Of a DNA stretch of 64,000 bases, positions 54,401-64,000 are shown piece after piece. Every line of letters starts with the position of its first letter. The stretch's first letter is position 1. The stretch covers positions 1 to 64,000 of the forward strand of contig NW_021833060.1 in assembly GCF_006345805.1 (NCBI RefSeq), read 5' to 3'. The notes under the pieces are model-generated. The model was not told the DNA's origin. It saw only the letters and a list, made by a program, of their open reading frames with translations, and searched no databases. Made by a program: the position numbers and the translations under genes. Source of the stretch: Octopus sinensis. Its lineage: Eukaryota.

Positions 54401-55063
54401 ATCCTAGCCAACATGGAATACCTCTGCCAATGTGCAGCAAGAGATAAAAGAGAATGGTAAGATGTTAAAAATAAACTTACAATTTTAAATCAGTCTTTCA
54501 AAACTAAAACAAAAAAATATAAAATATATTAAATGTATAAATATATTTTTAAAATATATAAAAATTGCCATCTGTGTATCATACAAAATGTATAATACTG
54601 TTTGTTAGAAAGTATGAAGGTGAGGACTTGTCTGAGATAAAATCTCTTCACAAACTTGTTGCATTAAAATCACAACTTATATCACCACAGTGGCTCACAA
54701 GAACTAGACACATTTCATCTTTGTTGAGCTTCTCAATGCTAGGCACCTACGTAAACAACACACATATAAAGGCAGGCATGGCTGTGTGGTAAGAAGCTTT
54801 CTTCCCAACCACATGGTTCCAGGTTCAGTCCACTATGTGGCACCTTGGGCAAGTGTCTTCTACTTTAACCTAGGGTGGAAACTGAAAGAAGCCTATCATA
54901 TATATACACACACACACACACTTCCTCTAAATATAATTGGAAACAAATTTGTTACTCACCAATTAAAATCATTTGAATCATTCTCAGCCGCAAGCCAGAA
55001 GTACAAGTAGAAAGCCATATAGATAAAAGTAATCAGGAGAATTACTAGTATGATTAAGTCTTT
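14930..55063 (-). CDS. GDPD5-like: Multi-exon gene (5'-partial) for a six-TM glycerophosphodiester phosphodiesterase domain protein, GDPD5/GDE2-like (GDE2/GDE3/GDE6 family)
   Basis: Twelve exons with splice sites and continuous phases give 523 aa: five N-terminal hydrophobic segments, a GDPD domain ([35 protein letters not shown]), a sixth TM and a tail (FNPETISL...MKENLLF). This resembles vertebrate GDPD5 as recalled; no alignment was run. First coding exon not found in the window. Confidence 0.93.
15181..15263 (-). CDS. GDPD5-like: GDPD5-like exon k (83 nt): [27 protein letters not shown](W), TM6
   Basis: cttccAG acceptor, GTAAGT donor. Confidence 0.92.
17289..17436 (-). CDS. GDPD5-like: GDPD5-like exon j (148 nt): [49 protein letters not shown]
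   Basis: gttttcAG acceptor; non-canonical GCAAGT donor; N.Y.VN..WLFSL.WC.GV.SVT.D motif. Confidence 0.92.
17927..18369. mobile_element. piggyBac-like MITE containing a second TTAA-flanked MITE (17978-18207)
   Basis: TTAA at both ends of each element; outer element similar to 34750-34955, inner similar to 32680-32890 and 33155-33350. Confidence 0.65.
19254..19402 (-). CDS. GDPD5-like: GDPD5-like exon i (149 nt): [20 protein letters not shown]...[12 protein letters not shown](L)
   Basis: tttttatAG acceptor, GTAAGT donor; open frame and phase continuity. Confidence 0.9.
20846..21067 (-). CDS. GDPD5-like: GDPD5-like exon h (222 nt): [10 protein letters not shown]...[11 protein letters not shown]...[10 protein letters not shown]
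   Basis: attAG acceptor, GTAGAT donor; 74 codons, phase 0-0. Confidence 0.92.
22805..23448 (+). mobile_element. Internally deleted Tc1-like element
   Basis: QQDNAPSH...NPDLNPFE, then (G)GHTRY*; degenerate TIRs (AACTGCAAAAGAAA / TTTCTCTTGCAGTT) with TA flanks. Confidence 0.8.
24259..24493. mobile_element. hAT-like MITE
   Basis: CAGTGGTTCTCAA terminus; same family as 44920-45172. Confidence 0.7.
25039..25189 (-). CDS. GDPD5-like: GDPD5-like exon g (151 nt): [24 protein letters not shown]...LNAGSWFLE
   Basis: ttcttacAG acceptor, GTAAGT donor; DG...HD..L.RTT GDPD signature. Confidence 0.96.
25481..26698. mobile_element. Degenerate non-autonomous DNA transposon
   Basis: Imperfect TIRs GGATCTAGTTTTTTTCATT / AATGAGAAAGAGCAGATCC and internal inverted TTTTAGCCAAT / ATTGGCTAAAA. 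Confidence 0.5.
28320..28402 (-). CDS. GDPD5-like: GDPD5-like exon f (83 nt): [27 protein letters not shown](S)
   Basis: Uncommon aAG acceptor (ttcttgcaAG), GTAAAT donor; PENT and E-x-D metal-binding motif. Confidence 0.93.
34301..34467. repeat. Palindromic MITE-like element with arms of about 58 bp
   Basis: TAAATGACAAG...ATGAACTTCATTA...CTGTTTCT is the inverse of AGAAACAG...TAATGAAGTTCAT...TCATTTA. Confidence 0.7.
34750..34955. mobile_element. piggyBac-like MITE
   Basis: TTAA|CTCTTTCGTTA ... TAACGAAAGGG|TTAA; related copy near 60380-60600. Confidence 0.8.
35117..35262 (-). CDS. GDPD5-like: GDPD5-like exon e (146 nt): [48 protein letters not shown]
   Basis: tatAG acceptor, GTATGT donor; TM5, SPC and catalytic HRG motif. 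Confidence 0.95.
38191..38284 (-). CDS. GDPD5-like: GDPD5-like exon d (94 nt): [31 protein letters not shown]
   Basis: tttttccAG acceptor, GTAAGT donor; PF.H.G motif; ends in phase 1. Confidence 0.9.
39766..39924 (-). CDS. GDPD5-like: GDPD5-like exon c (159 nt): [19 protein letters not shown]...WAMLKLSFQ
   Basis: aacAG acceptor, GTAAGT donor; open frame of 53 codons; H..H and W..L..S.Q family pattern. Confidence 0.9.
40657..41270 (-). repeat. RTE LINE 3' end fragment with internal tandem subrepeats and (GAT)n tail
   Basis: Reverse complement of the RTE 3' sequence seen at 57068-57685; subrepeat GCATGGGAGCCAGTCAGGGG; similar fragments at 18425-18890, 30640-30960, 35460-35705, 36130-36415, 42545-42930, 48520-48700, 59655-60010. 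Confidence 0.75.
44005..44308 (+). repeat. Tandem duplication, 2 x about 151 bp
   Basis: Units start GTCTGTTTCAAG at 44005 and 44156, roughly 90% identical by eye. Confidence 0.9.
44673..44769 (-). CDS. GDPD5-like: GDPD5-like exon b (97 nt): [32 protein letters not shown]
   Basis: cttcttcAG acceptor, GTAAGT donor; phase 2 to 0; TM segment. Confidence 0.88.
44920..45172. mobile_element. hAT-like MITE
   Basis: TAGTGGTTCTCAA ... TTGAGAACCACTG TIRs. Confidence 0.8.
47005..47550 (-). mobile_element. Two R4/Dong-like non-LTR fragments separated by a (TAG)n microsatellite
   Basis: 47550-47430: [19 protein letters not shown]; 47320-47005: DGGCGLMQL...RWKSKALH; (CTA)n at 47321-47413 on the + strand. 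Confidence 0.65.
50404..53619. mobile_element. hAT-like non-autonomous element inserted in a SINE and hosting an RTE LINE
   Basis: TIRs CAGGGCCAGATTTA / TAAATCCAGTCTTG; 8-bp TSD ACCTTGGC / ACCTCGGT; the flanks rejoin into the SINE sequence AAAGTTGACCTCGG..ATTTGAACTCAGAATG. Confidence 0.65.
51252..52993 (+). mobile_element. 5'-truncated RTE-clade LINE (RT pseudogene) with (GAT)n tail
   Basis: [59 protein letters not shown]; stop at 51852-51854 and frameshifts. Confidence 0.93.
54960..55063 (-). CDS. GDPD5-like: GDPD5-like exon a (104 nt): [34 protein letters not shown](W)
   Basis: ttgttgcAG acceptor, GTGAGT donor; LYFW...ND...FNW motif of the family; ends in phase 2. Confidence 0.9.
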
Positions 55064-56286
55064 CTGCAACAAAGACAAAATAATAACATTGTGATTAGTA
55101 CTTAAATGAATGGTAACAGCACAAGATTAGAAGCTGACTGAAAGTTTACTCTTTACAATAAAACAATTACAGAAACAATAATATTAAATTAATCATATTA
55201 AAATATTTTTTAAAATTATAAAAATTATAGGCAGGAACCAATAACATGCATGGGATAACTTTCAGATATAATTCTTCTAAACAACAACAACAAATGTAAA
55301 TCATTTCAGAAGGAAAGAAAATTGATTTTATTATATTGATTTATAACAGGCACGTGGCCACACATTTTGAAGGGAGAAGCAGACCATCATTTCAACCCAG
55401 TGCTTGCATGGAAATTGTGTTATCAAATCCTGAATGATGAAAGATACATTTGCTCTCAGTGAGATTTAGACTCAAAATGTAAAGAAGCATAACTATGTTA
55501 CTTACCTGTGTGCAAATTGCACCCCTAATTTAGTGTTAAACCTTGGTACAAAGGTTGCATAGAGTATTAGTTTTAGCTTTGCCCCTCGTATATGTAGGAC
55601 CCCGGATTTATTTTAGCATAAAATAGTGCAAATTATATATGGGTAAATACAATAATTACTACATGGCATTTCATTCTATTGATTTTATAATATATTCATT
55701 TCTAACATTGACAGAAGGCCTCATATTTTGGAGGAAAGGTTATCATCACTTAAATCAACTGCAGTACTTATCTGCTAGTTTATTTTATAAAACCTGAAAG
55801 AAAGAAAGACAAAGTTAGCCTCAGTAAAATTTGAGCACCGGATGTATAGAGATGCAACTAAATATCATACAGCATTTTGGCTACCCTTCTTCTAATTCTG
55901 CTAAGACAAAACTAATCAAGAATAAACTTTTGCTTTGAAGGATTGACAGAATTATCAAGAGAGCAATCCGTATGTTTTTGGCCACATGACAAAGGAAAAG
56001 TATAGGGAGAAAATTACTTCCTTATATCAAGTGGAATTTAACTGAAGAAAGCATAAAGTTAATAAAGAAATAAAGGTTATCACATTGTAGTGAGTGAAAA
56101 AGAATATTTGAGAAGAATGTCCTTAACAGTAATGACAAATATTATCAAGAAGAGTAAGGGAGAGAACTCTGAGATTTAAATGGACAAAAAATGAATGGAC
56201 GACATGCAGTCAAGAGTGTCTGATCTTTGGCAGTTACAGTGTCAACACCACATTTATTTCAATCTCAGTAGACTATTACTTCAGTG

Positions 56287-56370
56287 TAGTCTAATACATA
56301 ACTTCCAGAGCTTAAATTTACTTTGAAAGCATAGTCTAACATGTAACTTCCAGAGCTTAGATTTACTTTG
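56287..56370 (+). repeat. Short tandem duplication, 2 x about 45 bp
   Basis: TAGTCTAA...TAACTTCCAGAGCTTA.ATTTACTTTG twice. Confidence 0.8.
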
Positions 56371-57067
56371 TGTGAATATTATCCATTATTAGGTAATTTA
56401 AATTACTGAAATTTATTAATTAGTTCTGTATGTAGATATGTGTATGGATGTGTGGTGCTTGTTTGTAAAAGTTCTTAGTTATATCAAATTTCTTGAAGGA
56501 ATAAATGTATTTCACAGCTATTAACTACATCTATTTAATCTATAGCTGTTATCTAGATCTACTTAATCTATGTTATATAAACTAAGCTTACTTTCCAAAA
56601 TGAAGAAATGGAAGAGTTCTGCTGTTCAATTTAGCGGAAGATATTAAGTTAACAGTGATATTGGCTGACCAACTTAACTACCTCCCTAGATACATACATA
56701 CTACGTCTCTCTCTCACTTTTTCTCTTTCCGTCCCTGTATGTACGTGTGTGTGTTTGTGTGTGTATGTGTATATCTGACAATATATATATATATACCTAC
56801 ATATATATATGTTTATGAATTTGTATTGCATGATTCCTGGTGTGAAGTCATGTGTTGAAACAGATATTGTATTTCGGGACGGTCTCTTTCTTTCTCTTTT
56901 TTGCCAAATAAACATACGCACTATGTTCGTTCTTCACTCATTTATCACTGTTCTTATTCTAACTCATGTCCATTGTCTGGAAATCTTTTGTCACACATCT
57001 GTGGCCTCCTCAGTGACATTTTCCATCTTCGTGAGTGCTCTTGCTCTGCTTATTCCATATATATCTA

Positions 57068-57685
57068 TCTGTAGTGTGCAAGAGAGACAACTGCGCTGGT
57101 ATGGTTATGCATTATGTGTGGAAGAGGACAGATGTGTGTAAAAGTGTCACACCCTAACAGTGGAGGGAACCTGTGGAAGAGGTGGACCCAGAAAGACCTA
57201 GGATGAGGTGGTGGACGACCTTCGAATGCTGGGCCTAATGGAGGCAATGACAGGTGACTGAGACCTTTGGAGATCTGCTGTGCTTGAGAAGACCCCGCAA
57301 GCCAAGGGAGACTGTAGCCATGGCCTATACCAGTGTCGCATAACCAGGCCATTTAAGAGTACCTTTTAATCAGTGGGCAATATGGTGTGCTTAAGACCTG
57401 TTGAATCAGGTGAAATCATTGTCGTGGCCAATACCAGTGCCGCCTGATTGGCACCCATGCAGGTGGCACATAAAAAGCACAATTCGAGCATGGCTGTTGC
57501 CAGTGCCACCAGCACATAAAAAGTACTCGTTACACTCTCAGAGTGGTTGGCATTAGGAAGGGCATCCAGCTGTAGAAACATTGCCAGATCAGATTGGAGC
57601 CTGGTGCAGCCACCTGGTTTGCTAGTCCTCAGTCAAACCGTCCAACCCATCCAGCATGGAAAGCAGACATTAAATCATGATGATA
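57068..57685 (+). mobile_element. RTE LINE 3' fragment (ORF end, 3' UTR, (GAT)n tail)
   Basis: VQERQLRWYG...VEGTCGRG matches the end of the element at 51252-52993. Confidence 0.85.
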
Positions 57686-58015
57686 TACACACACACACAC
57701 ATGTATATATGATTATACAATGATGTATGTGTGATTGTATGCATGTGTTTGATTACATGTGACAATATATATATATATATATAAATATATAGTCATCTAA
57801 GAATACATAAGTCAGAAAAAACAAGCACTCATATATTAATAGACTTGCTATATTAATACATACGCTATACAGTATTATAGATTCATTTTCATACCCGCTC
57901 TTCTGATGAGCACTATCTTAGGCTAAAATCTTTCAATAATACAGTATAGTATAGATATATTTGGGGATGATCATTTTGCCAATAAACACACACACACTAT
58001 TTATTTGATCTTCGC

Positions 58016-58049
<34 letters not shown>

Positions 58050-58525
58050 TATGTTTGACTTTTGCTTTATATTTGTACAAGTTGGCTCCAAGTCTCAACC
58101 AGAGACCTCAAGAGACAACATGTTGGAAGTTCATGTTGCTGTTATGTCTAGTGTGCCATATATTTGGGGGGTTTTTTTGGTGTTGTACTAGTGAATGTCT
58201 AAAAATTAAAAAAATTAAAAAAACGAAAATTATGTTTGTTTTAAACCTTGAGATTACATAGAAAGTATTTTGTGTAGGATATGAGCAGTTCCCATGAGCA
58301 CTATCTTTTGAATTTCTACCATTTTGGGGTTTCCTAGTATCTGAGTTAGGTAGCAATCAGCCCCTTTTGCTATCATTCCCAGGGAACCTATGACAACAGG
58401 TATTGTTTTAGTCTTCAGGTTCCACATTTTGCTGATTTCTAATTCAAGATCTTTATATTTGCTCAGTTTTTGGTAGGTCTTGACAGATACATTTATATCG
58501 ATTGGGACAGTCATATCAATGAGGA
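58050..58525 (-). mobile_element. 5'-truncated R4/Dong-like non-LTR retrotransposon in a (TAA)n microsatellite
   Basis: LIDMTVP...K..KYKDL..EI.KMW...IPVVIGSLG...QKIVLMGTAHIL (RLE C-terminus); (TTA)n at both 58016-58048 and 58526-58546. Confidence 0.85.
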
Positions 58526-59592
58526 ATTATTATTATTATTATTATTATTTATTATTAATTTATTTGTCAGAGTTCTTTTCCTCGCACATTCTGTAACTTC
58601 TTCAGTGACTACCTTTTCTTCATGTTTCCTCTTCTCTCTGGTCTTGTCCTGTTTATCCCATTTTGTCTTTTGTTATGTATCCTTATTTGTACGTGTTTGC
58701 ATCTGCATCTGTGTATGTGTCTGTATCTGTGTGTGTGTGTGTGTGCGTGTGTGTGTGTGTGTGCGCATCTGTTTAGTATGCAAATGTGAGTCTTGTGTAC
58801 ATGTATACGGCTTTGTAAATTACACTATGTCATTTGTTTTCTTATTGTGTCTTCAGTAGTCAAATTGCAGGGTTTTGAGGCTCAACCTATTTTCTATTAT
58901 GTGTGTGGTTTCTGCAATCTGAATTGACCCTAGTACTTACTTTTTTAAAGCCTGATACTTACTGTCAGATTCTTTTGCTAAACAGTTACATTACAAAGGA
59001 CGTAAACACACCAACACTAGTTGTCAAGCAATGGCAGAGAACAAACACAAACACATACAACAGCGTTCTTTCAGTTTCCATCTACCAAATCCACCATTCA
59101 TTCACAAGGCTTTGATCAGTCCAAAGTTATAATAGAAACCACCTGCCCAATGTGCCACATGAAGAGACTGAACCCAGAACCATGTGGCTGGGAAGCAAAC
59201 CTTTTATCACACAGCTTCACCTGCACCTATGTATGTGTGTCTGTGTGTGTAAATAGGGAAACAGTTTTTCTTTCAAACGTGATTGTTTTTTTAAAGCAGA
59301 ACTATCTTCGTGTTTGTTAGTTTGTTTTAAAGACTTTTCATGTTTCCTTCTTAGTTCTTTATGTTTGGTTTGAAACAATATCCTTCTTACATTCCTTATA
59401 TATTAGTCTCCTCTTGCAGTCCTGATGCCTTGTACTTTGAAATGGAAATATAACTTAACAGGTTACATAACAGATTCATTTGAAAGTGAAACATATTATT
59501 AATCTAGGATAAATGGATAATAAGCAGGATTTGAGACACTAACCCTCTGGGTCAAACTTTTCACTGAAAGAAAAAGGATTTTACTATCACTG

Positions 59593-59634
<42 letters not shown>

Positions 59635-62600
59635 TCTTGATATGAGATCAAAAATCAAATCAAATCAAAATTGATGAACATCAATGGAATTTGTATTTTT
59701 GTGGTACCAGTGCCAAACGTGGCCGTGGCCAGTACCACATCGACTGGCCTCTGTGCTGTGGGCACGTAATAAACACCATCCGAGCGTGGCCGTTCGTCAG
59801 CCTCGTCTGACACCTGAGTCGGTGGCACATAAAAAGCACCCACTACACTCACGGAGTGGTTGGCGTTAGGAAGGGCATCCAGCTGTAGAAACACTGCCAG
59901 ATCTGACTGGCCTGGTGCAGCCTTCGGGCTTCCCAGACCCCAGTTGAACCGTCCAACCCATGCTAGCATGGAAAGCGGACGTTAAACGATGATGATGATG
60001 ATGATGATGAGATCACTATGTTGTGCACATATGGTTGTGATGCATGTACCTGGTGTACCATTATCAGACAGGTAGTCATGATGAGTATACTGGGCTTCGT
60101 ATAATTTACCCCCATGTCACTTTAATGGCATGCACTGCTCTCTCACTCAATAATAATATAATAATAATAATAATAATAATAAAATGATGATATCATCAGT
60201 AACTGATATCATCAATATTTTAAAGTACATTTTTCTATGGTGGCATGGATACCAATTTTTTAATGTCTGTGTATTTTTATGCACAAACGTATTTTTTTAA
60301 TCTACAGACATAGAAACAAACATATATTAAATGTAGTTCATATTGGCAAAAATTGCAAAATAATCAATACATGCCTTTTAACCATTTTGATAGCAACCTG
60401 TCTAAGACTATCTCTGGTTCTACACACTCCCTATTTTAAAGTGATCTAAATTAATACCTCCCATCAAAATTTATGTTAATTTATTTTCTAAACACCAGCT
60501 CAATAACAACATAGTTATTTTACTGAATTCTTCATTACTTTCAAAATTAACTGAAAACAAATGCAGCGTATTTCAACAGAAATATGGTAACAAAAAGATT
60601 AAAGCAACTTGTCTTTACAGACATTTCATCATTGCACACAGTGATAATTTAGAGAGACAGGTCTTTCATTTAAAACACAGTAATCATGCAAAAATAAGAA
60701 GTACACATGCATGAATACACACACACACACACAAAATACAATGTAAGATTGTTGAAGCAATAAACAAATTTAGGCTTGCCAACATTAAACAAAAAGCCAT
60801 GGAAAGCAAACTTTGCCTGTATAATGACATCCAGCATGCATATTGGGGTAACTAAAACAAAGACCTTCATGTAATGTTTGTTGCCTACAAAAAAAATCTC
60901 TAATTTTCTGCTACTATCTAGTGATCACTTTTGTTCCAGATAATTTCTGAATAAACCATGAAATGTAAGATATTCATCATATTTATGTAGAAAGAAAAAA
61001 GGCAAATTTTGGCTCAGTTACGAATAATATTTTAATTACTTCAGCAAGCAAGTATGGGAGCTAACTCCACACATATTTCAGTCTTATTAGACCTCCTCAA
61101 TAAAGCATGAACTTCACTGTTCTTATTTAAATAGTGATAAAAGAAACACTCAGCAGGTATATAGTATATATATGAGTAAGCATAAAAAAATTAGGTCGTC
61201 ATTATCATCATTGGTTAACACCTACTTTTCCTTGTTTGCATGAGTTAGATGGAATTCACTGAGGAAGATTTTTTATAGCTGGATACCCTTCCTGCCATCA
61301 ATCCTCACCAGTTTCCAAGCAAAGTATTATTTTCCTCATGACCAGACATGTTTTCATGGAAGATTGGAAACAAAGGAAATGGCTTGTATTCACAACTATC
61401 AAATGATATCAAAGAAAGGAAACACACACACACACACACAGCAAGCTACTTTCAGTTTCCATCTATCAAATCCACTTACAAGATGGTTGGCTGAGGTCTA
61501 TAGTAAAAGATCCTTGTCCAAGATTCCATACAATGGGACTGAACCCAAAACTAGATTATAGACAAGTAATCTTCTTAACCACACAGCCATGAATTGTACC
61601 ATTAAAAAAAATCACTCATCTTAATTACACAGTGACTTAATCTGCATGAAAAATAATAATTAAGTTAGTGTAAGCATATTTAATATAGGGAACCTCAAAA
61701 ACTGACTCCCATATTTACTAAAATGATTAAAACTCATCACATAATTATAACTAATTAGATTCTTGACACTCATTGTATTAAATATATTAACACAAATTTA
61801 ACTATCATTCTTACTGTGCATTGGAATTTCTGAATAATTAATCTTAGTTATATATTTTGTCTCGATATTTCATACAGTTTACTTTTCTTCAGAAAGCCTT
61901 TATCACAGAAGTAACTGTTCTCTAAATATCTTCAACTAGCCAAAAAAACTGTACACAATCAAAAATACAGCGCTACTTTAGTTAACTACGTAATCAAAAC
62001 CTACCTGTTACTACTACTGACTAATCATCAAAACCAAGCCACAGTTGCTCATGATGTTAGCTACAATACATGCAGCTGCACCTGTTGCTCTTTTCTGCTT
62101 CCATTAGTTTTACTGGTTGCACAATGCATGCATGCAACAAGGTGATTTCATTGGTGCTATGAAGCCTTACAAGCCTCTGCTACTAGCTATTTCTTCAATC
62201 CTGGATAAGTTCACCCTAAGACTTTTTTTTAACAAGTTCACACAACAAAGATATGATCTTCTACAATTCTTCATTTAAGACAGATCAATGGCATCTGAAG
62301 TCATCATCTACACACTTTCCTCTACTTTCATGGGTTCCAGTTCAAAGGCTTTGGCCATGCTGGAGCACCCAGAAATGTCCAAATAAATGTTCTTGTATAT
62401 AAATATCTCATATCAATTATTCAAATAAAAGAAAAATCATAATGAAACTAATACAATACAAATTATAATATTAAAAAAAAACTATAATACAATAAAAGTA
62501 CTATTTACTCAACGACTGAATAATCTTTGATAAAACAGGCCAGATTAAAGGCCAGTGATAAAGAAAAAGGTTACCTGGTTTAGACTTACAGTTTTATAGA

Positions 62601-64000
62601 CCAGTACAATATGCCATGCAGTAAAAACTGAGTCACTAACATTGTTTAATTACTAGCTATGAATTAACAACTTTATTATTTAGTGAGGTTATTCACTTAT
62701 TCAAATATATCAGTGATTCTTTTGTTTTTTGTTCTTTGTTTTTTTTTTTTGCTTCTTACAAGCAAGTTATTCAACTGTGAGTAATGTTTTGTCACAACAA
62801 AATGAATTGCTCAAACAATACAGATAGTAAAGATATATTAATAAACATTGTTTTCACAATAGGCTTTGGGACTTTGAAAAAAGTTTTCAAATAATTCTTG
62901 CAGCAGGAAACAATATTATAATTGTTTTTCTAATATCAAAAAAAAAAAAAAGAAAGAAAACAGGTTACTAAAATACTGATAAAAGATATATGTGATAAAG
63001 ACGTTAGATCAATATAACTAAACAAATGGCTAAATGAATCATTTGAATTCATTCTATTTTTTATGAAAAAAACAAAAGACCACCAGCCAAAGGTACTGCT
63101 ATCAATATCAAGTAACAGCATTGTTTATACCTGAGGAATTGGTAGTTTATAACACATTGCCTTCAATGAACTAAGTATTCACCAGGAACTTCACATTCAG
63201 TGTTTTATTCACAAAGAGATATCATGAAGAGGTACCAAAGGGAACTTTTTTTCCTTAGACAATAGGAACACTATATAATTGATAAGTTATTTTGTTGATT
63301 TCTTGCAATGACAATTTAACTTTTTACAAGGATATGTTTAGTTAAGTCAATAGCTTGTTTCACATCCAAAAAAAGAAGATGTTCCTTACCATGTTGTATA
63401 AGCTGGAATAAACTCCATTGTTCATTATCTCTAACACAGGTTGTTTCTCAATGCTGTGTACACAGTGCATACAAACATGTGCAGTGAAGGAGCCTTTTCT
63501 GTTTGATCTACTCAATTACACTCTCAATCTAGGCTTACTTCATGGGACCTTAGATTCTCCTCCTAAATTGTGTAATAATTTAACCCCAAGAGTTTATCAA
63601 CCCTTTTAATACACACATATCTGAGAGTGCCTCATGTTCATGTTTAAATTAAAACTTTGTGTCATAATTTTACATAAAACACTTTCATTAGATTTTATTC
63701 TAAACACCAGCTTAATAATAAAATATAAAGTTAGTTATTTTACTAAGTCCTTCCAGATTTTTGGATATTCTCAAACCAGAGTGAAATATAAGAAGTATGA
63801 ACTTAAATTTGAATGTTAGATTTTATGAGACATTTATTCAAAATACCCAGTATGTACTCAGAACAAATACTTTTAGTAAAGGAACTGTTTATATCTTTTA
63901 AATAATTAAACAGGAAAAAGTGAAGATTTCATTTTATTTCCTCTCAAAGAAACAAAACAAGTTTTATATGATATTCTTGAGCAGCTGAAACAAATGTAAG

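Overview
AT-rich, microsatellite- and SINE-dense eukaryotic DNA. The repeat families suggest a coleoid cephalopod, probably Octopus (inference). One host gene dominates: a minus-strand six-transmembrane glycerophosphodiester phosphodiesterase of the GDPD5/GDE2-GDE3-GDE6 family. I could assemble 12 coding exons (55063 to 14930; 1572 nt, 523 aa plus stop) with continuous phases, one GC-AG intron and intact catalytic motifs. I did not find the start-codon exon, which probably lies beyond 64000. The rest is transposon-derived: a near-complete IR/DR Tc1 (DD34E) element, a HERO-like non-LTR remnant with a hammerhead-like 3' motif in an unusual strand order, a degraded Helitron carrying nested MITE, SINE and solo-LTR insertions, non-autonomous Helitrons, a Penelope fragment, R4/Dong-like fragments in microsatellites, an RTE LINE nested in a hAT element nested in a SINE, and many SINEs and MITEs. 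No clearly new biological system is demonstrable. The best leads are the permuted hammerhead-like motif, the GDE2-like enzyme itself, a candidate poison microexon and a coding-like sequence behind the stop codon.
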